Shown here in pieces: positions 20,006 to 29,175 of a stretch of DNA of 64,000 nucleotides. A program made the translations under genes and the position numbers. Within the stretch, counting starts at the first letter, position 1. Every line of letters starts with the position of its first letter. The stretch spans positions 496,001-560,000 of the forward strand of contig CP128815.1 of NCBI GenBank assembly GCA_051546255.1. The letters are read 5' to 3'. The stretch is from Meyerozyma guilliermondii. Taxonomy: Eukaryota. The notes under the pieces are model-generated. The model was not told the origin of the DNA, made no database searches, and saw only the letters and a program-made list of their open reading frames with translations.

Positions 20006-22630
20006 TTAAAACCACGAACTCTTCTTGCTCGAAAGACCGCTAATCTTTTCTTCGTAATCGGTGATTTTGTCGGTGGAAGCCACGATTTTGTTCAGAACAT
20101 AGTCGAGCCGGTTTCTTACTAACCTAGCATCCACGCTCGCAAGCTTGGCAAACTCATCTTCAAGTTTGGCAATCTTGGCATTTTCCAATGCAATCAACTT
20201 GTTATAAAGGTCTTCTTCGTAAATGCGGAATATTTTGGGATCTTCCACAAGCGACCGGAATGCTGCTTTGTACAAGGGACGTCCTGTCAGAACTGTGTTC
20301 AACACTCCCTTGTCGGAGATCAAGGAAATCAAATCATGTTTCTCCAAAGTTGAAAGTATAGACAAGGAATCAGGAGACTTGAAGAGAGGATCATGGCAGA
20401 GGGTCTCATAGGAAATGGACTCTTGTTTCGCCAACAACTTGATAAGCAACCACACTTGAGCGGTGCTCCAGCTGTTCTGAGTCAGCGATGCCAGCAAAAA
20501 AAATGTGGTGATTTGCTCCGACGCTTGGCTCACCATTTCTTCCAACGCATCACCAGGAGCTTCTCCCGATCTCATACGTCTCACAAAGGCTTGAAGATCC
20601 AACATTCGTCCTCCCAAAGGTTCAAGGCACGAGTCCAATTCATTGACTTGAGCTTGGCTCTCTTTGTTGAGCTGGTTCAACACATAGTGACGAGCCAGTC
20701 TCTGCGAAGCATCCGATAACGATATCAGCTTCATTACTTGGTTGGGCAAAGCACTGGTCAAATGCAGCATGCTACCCACATCGTGGGTGAGAATTATAAC
20801 GTGAGCCAAATTACTCTGAACAAGTTGAGCCGACCACTCGGAAATCATTTTGAAGATGAAGTCCTGGTCTCCATCAGCACGGCCCGCAAATTTATCGATG
20901 ACAATCACAGGTTTCCGCTCAGGATGCTGCGAAAGATACTCGTCCTCCGAGAGTATATCTTCTGAAGTTGAGTCGCCTTGTTGGCGTCTGCGTTGTCTGA
21001 GAACCAGTTTTTTATACTTGGCGTAATCTTGAAGTGCGAGTTTGCGAATAGCCAGCGACGTAAGTCCAAACATATTTTTGAGCTGGGTCTCCTTGGACTC
21101 ACTCAAGCCGGACTTTTGACCTGTAAGGCCCTGAACACCCAAATCGACAAATTGCGAAATGGAATTTGTCCAAGTAAAAACGGGAAAATAACCCAATTGC
21201 TGAGCAGTAGCTTCGATCAAGGCATTATCCGAACGAGATTTCACGAGCGCTTCACAGTCAATGTACAAGAGTTTGTTGCCCAAAATAGGGTCGTCTCGCA
21301 AAGTGTGCTCGAGAACGAGCTCTTCTTTGCCCGAGCCCTTTGGTCCTCTAACAATGATAAATGTGTTGATATTTTCGTAGATCCACAACTTGAGCTGCTT
21401 GACCTTTTCGTATCGCTCCGACCACAAATCGTTGGGAGCTTCACCCTTTTCTCCTCCAAATTCGTCTTCTTCGTCACACCCAAATTTCAGGTCAAAGTAG
21501 TCGTAGCCCAGATCGATCCACCGGCGAACCTGTTCATACGGCAACGAGACAAGTTTCAAAAACTTGTTATCCTTGTAAGAGTCGAGAGCATGGCGGTGAG
21601 AGACATTCTGCATGATGAACCATTCACGAATTGGATCGAAAATGAACACAGCTGCCGTGGCCAAGAGTGCCAAAATGATAGGAATTGCAATCCGCTGATG
21701 GTTCCCAATAAAGTCAGTAATGTAGTTGACCCTTTTCAAAGGAAGGTACTGGATATGGACCACGGTATTGCCGCTGTTTAGAGTGATTCCCGTAACACAA
21801 TTTTTGGCACAAATGGCGGATCTGATTTTACGGAAGTGGATCACAGCAGGTTCGGTTCCAGAACCTGGAGCAATATCAATAATGAGTCCATATCGACGGA
21901 ACAACACGTACAACTCTTCCTCGGTGAGTCTTTCACCTTCAAACTTGACCAGAAGCTTGACACTGGGAAAACGGCGCAAATCCTCAATCCATGGCGTTCC
22001 TTTAACTTGAAAACAGCGAGGAAAATGGTTCCAGATTTTGTTCAATGGCCCAACAAGAAACCTTTCGCCGTAAGCCTGTTCGTTCTCCTTTGTATTCTGG
22101 CATATGAGGCCCACAAGCTCGCGAGCGGACATGGTGGCTGGCAATTGAAATTTGACAAAAACTCCTCCGTCTCTGCGCATCGGAACAAGTTCAAGAATTC
22201 TTACGTCTTTTGGTAAAGGTTCTTTTTCTGTGCTCGAGAGATTCATAACACGTTCACGGATATCATCTTCAGAGCACCTGTTGACCGGAAATAGCAAAGT
22301 AAAGTACTGTTTCCACGAATAGCGTGACACTGAGAATGGGTAGATATGATCAAAATACAAAACCACTGCATTTTTCCGGTCGTAATCCAACACCCCGGTA
22401 TTAGACACCGAATTGTTCACATCTAGCGAGTCTGCTTCTTGCATAACATGCTGGATGTCGGAAGTATAGCGCAAAGATGTTGACGATCTGAACGGTGAAA
22501 AACGCAACTTTTCAATCCTTACAGATGAGATACGGCCCCCAGAGGAATACCCGAGGTTCCTGGACGCTGCCAAAGTCGCCAAACGGATCCCTGGACCGCG
22601 ATTGGCAATGGTGGCAAAAGTACGAATCAT
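20006..22630 (-). CDS. YME2: Mitochondrial escape protein Yme2 (RNA12 family)
   Basis: RDGGVFVKF, GTPWIEDL, RRM, TM segment, FIIVRGPKGSGK, LGGRMLDL. Confidence 0.95.
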   Translation of the reverse strand: MIRTFATIANRGPGIRLATLAASRNLGYSSGGRISSVRIEKLRFSPFRSSTSLRYTSDIQHVMQEADSLDVNNSVSNTGVLDYDRKNAVVLYFDHIYPFSVSRYSWKQYFTLLFPVNRCSEDDIRERVMNLSSTEKEPLPKDVRILELVPMRRDGGVFVKFQLPATMSARELVGLICQNTKENEQAYGERFLVGPLNKIWNHFPRCFQVKGTPWIEDLRRFPSVKLLVKFEGERLTEEELYVLFRRYGLIIDIAPGSGTEPAVIHFRKIRSAICAKNCVTGITLNSGNTVVHIQYLPLKRVNYITDFIGNHQRIAIPIILALLATAAVFIFDPIREWFIMQNVSHRHALDSYKDNKFLKLVSLPYEQVRRWIDLGYDYFDLKFGCDEEDEFGGEKGEAPNDLWSERYEKVKQLKLWIYENINTFIIVRGPKGSGKEELVLEHTLRDDPILGNKLLYIDCEALVKSRSDNALIEATAQQLGYFPVFTWTNSISQFVDLGVQGLTGQKSGLSESKETQLKNMFGLTSLAIRKLALQDYAKYKKLVLRQRRRQQGDSTSEDILSEDEYLSQHPERKPVIVIDKFAGRADGDQDFIFKMISEWSAQLVQSNLAHVIILTHDVGSMLHLTSALPNQVMKLISLSDASQRLARHYVLNQLNKESQAQVNELDSCLEPLGGRMLDLQAFVRRMRSGEAPGDALEEMVSQASEQITTFFLLASLTQNSWSTAQVWLLIKLLAKQESISYETLCHDPLFKSPDSLSILSTLEKHDLISLISDKGVLNTVLTGRPLYKAAFRSLVEDPKIFRIYEEDLYNKLIALENAKIAKLEDEFAKLASVDARLVRNRLDYVLNKIVASTDKITDYEEKISGLSSKKSSWF

Positions 22631-23495
22631 GGCAAGGAAGAGAAGATGATTGCGATAAGCGTGAGGAGCGGCTGCGCTACGTGCAGGAATAGACAGATGC
22701 GAAGCGAGATACGAAAGTCAAACGGAAAGAAGTGAAAAAAGATTAGAGGAATACTGAAGACATCTGACTCGAGGCACCAGACTTTTGATATGTTTTGACC
22801 AGCCTTTATTTGATTTCTTTTGAGGTTTTTATTTTCAAAAAGTGATTTTCTCTGATAATTTGCAGTCAATGAATTCGGAAAATCGTAGTTATTTTTGTAA
22901 CCAAACTAGCTCTTTGATTATTTTCCGATTCTTAAGTAGTTGAATAGCTCCGAAATCTTTTCTCAAATTCTAGTCTTGCTTAAAAGAAGTTTTGGTGGCT
23001 CTTAAGTCTTTCATTTGGAGCTTGAGATTCTGCTTTATTTGAGCTCAATAACGATTACAGAGTTGTACGCTTCATAATTGCATACATCTGATATCAGTCA
23101 TGGTCCTCTAAGCAATTGTTTGAGGTCAGACTCCAGTATCAAATCATAATTACAATGTCCTTGAAGGCATCTTGAGTCAATAAAAAGTCTGATTACCCTT
23201 ATATCTGATGTCGAAATTCAGTTAACATTTCACTGCCAAAATGACCAAGGACCCTCTTCACTTCAGTATCGACCTTTTTATTTTTCTAATGTTCTGCTTT
23301 TGCAGTCGAAAAAATTCGTATCAGATAAAGAATGCATACTGACTACATGATAGTTGACTTCGTCCAGCCTACTTCTTTCCACAATATCGAATTATTTCCT
23401 GAATGTCGTGGAGCACTTCAGTTGTAACAAGTATTAATCAGCCTGAAGTCAAAAACTGAATCTCACCGTAGTGTCTTCTCTATGTACTTAGTCTA

Positions 23496-23650
23496 CAATG
23501 TTCCACCCTAGTTCGGTATCATTCGATTGGTCGCTTCGTGCGAACCGAAGTAGATGCGGGTTGTTCTGGGCTTCGCTTTGAATCCCGGAACCACCGTTAG
23601 GTTCGGGGATCTTCGAAGAGGCCGGGCACATAAAGTGCTTTGACCTAATT
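23496..23650 (-). ncRNA. SNR46: Box H/ACA snoRNA, snR46-type (guide for 25S Psi2865, S. cerevisiae numbering); ends approximate
   Basis: Hairpin - H box (AGAACA, 23567-23562) - hairpin - ACA (23501-23499). Pocket strands UCGAAG (23616-23611) and UCAAAG (23581-23576) pair around 25S UUUUGA-Psi-U-CUUCGA, 14 nt from the H box. TATAAAA upstream at 23672-23666. Confidence 0.8.
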
Positions 23651-23719
23651 GCGAAAATTTTTGGCTTTTATACCGCGAACATCTGCAGGAATGGTGGGTG
23701 GATGAAGATGAAACCTTCA

Positions 23720-24769
23720 CTAATCTAACCCACTTTCCAAATCCTTGAAGAAATCCTGGGTCCGAAGCGGCTCCACCTTGGCCTCTCCATCGCCAACACG
23801 CTTGCCGTTCTTGTAGTTGTTTCGGATGTACTCGCGCATGGAATTGAGGGCGGCTTCGCGGCACATTTCCTTCAAGTCTGATCCCGAGTAACCATTGGTC
23901 CGCAGAACCACCGCCTCTATATCGAAACTGGGGTCCAAAATAGTATCGCTGAGAATTTTGTCCAAGATCTCGCGGCGCTGGCGGGCTCCGGGTTTTCTGA
24001 CAGGAAACTGCTTGGGCATCCGTCTCATGAATGCCAGATCAATGTCATTGTGGCGATTGGTAGCGCCCATTACAAGTACCCGGCCATTGGATACGAGACC
24101 GTCCCACAAAGTCATGAACTCGGCTTTGAGAAGTGCGCTGACCTCGTGGTCCGACAGCGACCGGTCGCGCAAAAACAGATCGATCTCGTCAATAAATATG
24201 ATGCACGGCTGGAGCTTGTTGGCGAGAGAAAAGATAGCATCTACAATCTTGTTGCTCTCGCCGTACCATTTGTCCATTATTGTGGACATGCGAACCAGAA
24301 GGAAAAACGCACCGCTTTCCTTGGCAATGGCTTTAGCCAACATGGTTTTTCCGCACCCGGGTGGTCCGTAGAAAAGAACTCCTTTGGGAGACAGCACCAA
24401 AGTGGAATGGGCAGCAAATAAATCTGGTTCTGTTAAGGGAAGAATGACCAGTTCTTGAAGCTCACTGATAATATCTTCAAGTCCACCAATATCGGCAAAA
24501 TTCACGGCAATTTCCTCCGGACTCACCAAGTTGTTAAGAAGCAGCTTCTCGTACTCGTTGAGCTTCAAAGACCGTAAGGAAGGGTGAGAACTTTGAAGTC
24601 GCTTGAAAATACCGGCACCTTTTTTTCTGTTTTCCTTACTTCCTACAGGTCCATCGCTCTCCAAAAGATGGGTTACCAAGTAGTACATCAGGAGACCTGC
24701 TCCCGTGAGGAAGAAAAGATCGCTCAAAACCTTTAGGTCCAACCTGAATTTGAGATCACTGAGCTTCAT
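23720..24769 (-). CDS. MSP1: Mitochondrial/peroxisomal AAA dislocase Msp1
   Basis: N-terminal TM, GPPGCGKT, MDKWYGES, IFIDEID, LKAEFMTLWDG. Likely ATG at 24769. Confidence 0.95.
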   Translation of the reverse strand: MKLSDLKFRLDLKVLSDLFFLTGAGLLMYYLVTHLLESDGPVGSKENRKKGAGIFKRLQSSHPSLRSLKLNEYEKLLLNNLVSPEEIAVNFADIGGLEDIISELQELVILPLTEPDLFAAHSTLVLSPKGVLFYGPPGCGKTMLAKAIAKESGAFFLLVRMSTIMDKWYGESNKIVDAIFSLANKLQPCIIFIDEIDLFLRDRSLSDHEVSALLKAEFMTLWDGLVSNGRVLVMGATNRHNDIDLAFMRRMPKQFPVRKPGARQRREILDKILSDTILDPSFDIEAVVLRTNGYSGSDLKEMCREAALNSMREYIRNNYKNGKRVGDGEAKVEPLRTQDFFKDLESGLD

Positions 24770-24856
24770 GTGGCAATTGCGATCGCGATAAAAATTGTGT
24801 TGGGGTTGGTACTGCAGAATAGTGAGGTATCTGCAGTCCATTTCTCTATCTGAGAT

Positions 24857-24865
24857 GCTCATCGC
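24857..24865 (-). promoter_or_regulatory. PAC element upstream of SGD1
   Basis: GCTCATCGC is the reverse complement of GCGATGAGC and lies next to a ribosome biogenesis gene. Confidence 0.6.
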
Positions 24866-24879
24866 AGTTCACATACTAG

Positions 24880-27471
24880 ATGTCGACCCATGGAATACGG
24901 CTTCCAGGGCAGATTTTGGATCAAATAAAGACGCTGAGCGGAAACGGCGAGCACGATGAACGCCAGTTTGTAGCCAGGAAGCGTAGAACCAACCGGAAGG
25001 ATAAGCGCAAGGAAGAACGGCAGATCAAGAAGCAAAAGAGGAGCCAAAATGGAACGAAAAATGGACAAAAGTCCGCAATAAAGCATGAAAATGGTAATTA
25101 TGGTGCTGAAAGAACACCCAAAAGTGTCAAAGGGACGAAAGAACGACAAAAAAGCCGTAAAAAATTAACCAATGAAGAAGCTCACGATGATGAAAGTGAA
25201 CTGGAAGTTGGTGAAGAAAGTGATTTTGGAGGGTTTGAAAGCGACGAGAATGACCAAGATACTCTTGGCAGTGCTGATGACTCGGGCGATTTTGACAGCG
25301 ATTTTGGTGATGATTTTGGAGAGTCCGATGAAGATGACTATGGTGACCTTGAGATGGTGGACAATCCTTTGGAACAACTCCGCAAGATCAAAGCACACAA
25401 AGCGAAGGAGAAGGAGGACCCGCTAGAGCAGCTTCGAAAAATCAAAGAAGAGAAGAAGAAAAAGGAATCGAAGAATTCAAAAAAAGAGGAGAGAAAGGCC
25501 ATCAAGAAATCAAAAAATGAACCGGTTGCTCCGGTCGACAGCCACACTATGAGACAGCTAGAACAGGACGAGCAAGATATAGCGTACTGGTCAAAGAAAC
25601 TCGGCTTGAAAGGTGGTAAAAAAGGCAAATTGACTGCACAAGATGAGAACGATGTTGTGGGTGGTTTACTTGACGGACTTGATTTTATTGACGAAATAGG
25701 TGCTGAAAGTGCTGAGGAGGGAGAAGAAGGTGGAGAAAACTCAGAAGATTTCAATTTGTCAGAAAATGAACTGAATGAATCTTTTTCGTCTGAAAGTGAA
25801 AGTGGCTCAGATTCAGATGGTGGCTCAGAAAATCCATATGTGGCTCCTACAAAGTATATTCCACCAGCAGTTCGCAGAGAGCAGGAAAGTGAGTCTTCGG
25901 AGAACATTGCTCTCAAACGTGCTATCAAAGGACCATTGAACAAGCTTTCGGAGTCAAACATATCATCTATTGTCAATGAGATCATTGGACAATTTTCTTC
26001 AAATCCTCGGCAAATTGTCAACGAAACCATTACTAGTATTGTCATAGACAGTATTGTGCTGCAGGGAAGATTACTAGACACTTTTGTGTATTTGCATGCT
26101 GCCGTTGTTGCAGCCATTTATCGCATTCGAGGCATCGATTTTGGAGCTTATTTTATTCAAACTTTAGTGGAAAAATATGATTCCAGCGATGACCAGAATA
26201 AAGCGAGATTCAACCTCATCACGCTCTTGTCGTCTGTCTATGCTTTTGGGTTGGTTTCAGCCAACTTAATTTATGATTTTATCAAATTGTTCATCAATGA
26301 TCTCGGTGAAGATAATGCGGAAATTTTGCTTCGTTTAATAAGAACTTCTGGAAACCAGCTCCGGTCCGAAGACCCTTCGGCGCTCAAGGAAATCGTTGTT
26401 CTCACCAACAAAGCCGCTGCAAATATACCAAAAGACCTCAAATCAACCAGACTTCAATTTTTGGTGGAAACCATTTCTTCATTGAAAAATAATAAACTTA
26501 AAATACATTCCGAGGCAACTTTCCAGTTGATTACCAGACTCAGAAAATACCTTTCATCCATAAAAAGCTCCAAGCTCAACGATCCCATTCAGGTTTCAAT
26601 TTCGGATATCAGAAATATCGATACCGTTGGCAAATGGTGGTTGGTCGGTTCAGCATGGAAAGGAAGCAATCAAGAAGAAAAAGAAGACTTCAAAGTCAAC
26701 GAGCCTGTCGATATGGATCTCTCAGAGCCCAATTGGCTAGAACTAGCAAAAGCTCAACGAATGAATACAGATGTCAGAAGGGCAGTTTTTATTTCAATTA
26801 TGTCTGCTGAAGACTATATGGACGCTATTACCAAGTTGGACAAGTTAGGCCTCAAAAAAGCCCAGCAAAAGGATATACCTAGAATTCTCATGCACTGTGC
26901 CAGCGTGGAGCCGGCGTGGAATCCATACTACGGCTTGCTAGCCAGCAAGCTATGTGAGAGCCATTCACACAGAAAGTCGTTACAGTTCATGTTGTGGGAC
27001 TTGATAAAAGAGCTCGACGGGTCCCAGGACGATGATTCTGAGCCTGAGGATTTTCCGCTCAATGAAGACCTCGATGATGAACAGCAACTCAAGAGAGCCT
27101 TGAATTTGGGACGTCTTTTCGGGTTCCTTTTTTCAGAGGAAAGTCTTCCGTTACACTTGCTCAAAAATGTCAACTTTCTAACAGCAAGTGGAGACTTGAC
27201 GGTGTTCTTGGAGCTTGCTTTTGTCACATTCTTTGACCGAGTAGCCAAGAAATCCAAGCACGGCAAGTCCATGGACGATTCCCTTCATCTCTCTCTTCTT
27301 TCGAAGATGAGCCAAGAGCCCACATTGATGAAGGGTCTCAAACTATTCATTCAAAAGTTGCAAACTAGTGAGTATGTCACTAGTGCCAAGCAGCGGGCAC
27401 GGGTTGAATGGGGAATTGAATCTGCCACCACAATTCTTGAAGAATTGATTGCCAATTCCGACAATGTGTAG
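24880..27471 (+). CDS. SGD1: Nucleolar MIF4G/MA3 protein Sgd1 (NOM1)
   Basis: KYIPPA, LNKLSESN, GKWWLVGSAW, QRMNTDVRRAVF, WNPYY; basic/acidic N-terminus. Confidence 0.93.
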   Translation: MSTHGIRLPGQILDQIKTLSGNGEHDERQFVARKRRTNRKDKRKEERQIKKQKRSQNGTKNGQKSAIKHENGNYGAERTPKSVKGTKERQKSRKKLTNEEAHDDESELEVGEESDFGGFESDENDQDTLGSADDSGDFDSDFGDDFGESDEDDYGDLEMVDNPLEQLRKIKAHKAKEKEDPLEQLRKIKEEKKKKESKNSKKEERKAIKKSKNEPVAPVDSHTMRQLEQDEQDIAYWSKKLGLKGGKKGKLTAQDENDVVGGLLDGLDFIDEIGAESAEEGEEGGENSEDFNLSENELNESFSSESESGSDSDGGSENPYVAPTKYIPPAVRREQESESSENIALKRAIKGPLNKLSESNISSIVNEIIGQFSSNPRQIVNETITSIVIDSIVLQGRLLDTFVYLHAAVVAAIYRIRGIDFGAYFIQTLVEKYDSSDDQNKARFNLITLLSSVYAFGLVSANLIYDFIKLFINDLGEDNAEILLRLIRTSGNQLRSEDPSALKEIVVLTNKAAANIPKDLKSTRLQFLVETISSLKNNKLKIHSEATFQLITRLRKYLSSIKSSKLNDPIQVSISDIRNIDTVGKWWLVGSAWKGSNQEEKEDFKVNEPVDMDLSEPNWLELAKAQRMNTDVRRAVFISIMSAEDYMDAITKLDKLGLKKAQQKDIPRILMHCASVEPAWNPYYGLLASKLCESHSHRKSLQFMLWDLIKELDGSQDDDSEPEDFPLNEDLDDEQQLKRALNLGRLFGFLFSEESLPLHLLKNVNFLTASGDLTVFLELAFVTFFDRVAKKSKHGKSMDDSLHLSLLSKMSQEPTLMKGLKLFIQKLQTSEYVTSAKQRARVEWGIESATTILEELIANSDNV

Positions 27472-27501
27472 CATTCCAATAAATAGCAGAAGATTAATAG
27501 T

Positions 27502-29118
27502 TTATTCATAGTTTCTTTCCAACACCGCTACGCACTCGACATGTTTCGTTTGCGGAAAAAAGTCAAACCCAATAACTTCATGAACAGTGTACTTTTGCAG
27601 CATTGCCGTGAAGTACTGAAGGTCCCTTGCTTGGCTGAAAACGTTGCAACTCACATAAACGATGAGCTTGGGACCAAATTCGTGCAATTGTTGTAGAAAA
27701 CTTTCATCAGAACCCTTCCGAGAAGGATCTATAATCACCATAGTTTCTTCGGGATTGAGTTTAGCAGACAAGAAACTCTCGTGCTTGAAGATAGCATTCG
27801 ACGTACCCTCTATGAACTGCACATGCTGCGGTACAGCTAAACCATTTAGCTTAGCATTATGAGTTGCATACTTGATCGCCTGGCGTGAAATCTCAATACC
27901 CACAACCTTTCCATTCTTCACATCATTAGCTAAAGATATGCCAAAGAATCCAGAGCCACAGTATGCATCGACAATGTTTCTGATTCCTTTGGAAGACATC
28001 GAATAACGAACAAAGTCAACCACATCCGGCAAAATTGACGAATTTACTTGAAAAAATTCATTGGCAGGAAACTGAAATATTGACTCTCCAATCTTTTCAG
28101 TGCACACTTTCTTTGAGTCTGTCAAACAAGTTTTGGACGATTCTCCAGTTTGAGAGTTTATGCGCAAGCTCTCACGAAGAAACAAGGTGGCTCCTTTTTG
28201 CTTTGCTTCGTTTTCGTAGTTGGCCATTATGGAATTTTGAGTTTCTTCACGTACTTCAGAGAGTGCACTTTCAACGGTGGAAGTGGCTAGAGGACACTCG
28301 TGAATATCAACGATTCCCTTGTCTTTGCTAGAGTGCTGAAACCCAATATTCGGCACAGTTTTATTGGTGAAATTTTCTCGTTGAAAATGATAATGCGGCG
28401 TTAGTTTGCTTCGGTACGCATACTGTAAAGGAGAAGGAACAACCATCCCAAACGTATCTGGCGACCATGGTTGATCAGGGAATAAAAATTTGTACGCTTT
28501 TTGAATTGTAGCTTGTTTCAATTTCAATTGTTCGTCGTAGCTTACCATTTGGAACTGACACCCGGAGCAGCTGTCAAAATGTGAGCAAACAATTAAATCG
28601 TTGTTACGTAGTGGACTTGTCTCTGTATTGAAGCCTATCACCTCAGCTTCAGCAAAAAAACGATAGAGACGCTTAACTTGAATTTTGACATTATCACCAA
28701 CAAGAGCTTTTGGTATTTGTACCACAGTAAAACCTGTCTCAGCGTATCCAAGGTAAGCACCTTTCGAAATTAAAGCTAATCCATCACCGTTTGCAGTCTG
28801 GTAGAGTACGGTTGCGTCAAGCTGAATAACGGGTCTTGATCTTCTATTATTAAACTGTTCAATTGTGTCCGAACCATTCTCCACAACCTCGAGATTGAGT
28901 GCTTGTTGTGAAAGAAAGTCTGCTATTTCCATCTGAAAGATGTTGTCACTTGCAGCTAAGTCCGCGAAGCTCGAATTTTTCACTCGAGTCTTACGTGCTT
29001 GTTTCATAGTTCTTCTTGTTCTGGTATCGTAAGCATGATATTTAGCAAAGGTATTAGTAGTGTATGATCTCACAATAAGCGAATGTCGTATTCGGCATAA
29101 CTTCACTCGAGAAAGCAT
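27502..29118 (-). CDS. TRM2: tRNA (uracil-5)-methyltransferase, TrmA/Trm2 family, with mitochondrial-type presequence
   Basis: CSHFDSCSGCQFQ, YRSKLTPH, FFQVN, DAYCGSGFF, IDPSRKG, YVSCN, DFFPQTKHVE. May be a paralog rather than the main TRM2. Confidence 0.82.
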   Translation of the reverse strand: MLSRVKLCRIRHSLIVRSYTTNTFAKYHAYDTRTRRTMKQARKTRVKNSSFADLAASDNIFQMEIADFLSQQALNLEVVENGSDTIEQFNNRRSRPVIQLDATVLYQTANGDGLALISKGAYLGYAETGFTVVQIPKALVGDNVKIQVKRLYRFFAEAEVIGFNTETSPLRNNDLIVCSHFDSCSGCQFQMVSYDEQLKLKQATIQKAYKFLFPDQPWSPDTFGMVVPSPLQYAYRSKLTPHYHFQRENFTNKTVPNIGFQHSSKDKGIVDIHECPLATSTVESALSEVREETQNSIMANYENEAKQKGATLFLRESLRINSQTGESSKTCLTDSKKVCTEKIGESIFQFPANEFFQVNSSILPDVVDFVRYSMSSKGIRNIVDAYCGSGFFGISLANDVKNGKVVGIEISRQAIKYATHNAKLNGLAVPQHVQFIEGTSNAIFKHESFLSAKLNPEETMVIIDPSRKGSDESFLQQLHEFGPKLIVYVSCNVFSQARDLQYFTAMLQKYTVHEVIGFDFFPQTKHVECVAVLERNYE

Positions 29119-29175
29119 TTGGCTCACAGCTTTTTTTTCAGGCTGCAAATCAATATTCCGGGACTGCAGGTAACA

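Noticed and set aside
22700..23670. Telomerase RNA or spliceosomal snRNA on the + strand (Sm-like AATTTTTGG at 23656-23664, pseudoknot-like U/A tracts near 23270-23315)
   Set aside because: No template-like repeat and no U1/U2/U4/U5 signature. The structured part is better explained by a minus-strand H/ACA snoRNA with an exact rRNA guide.
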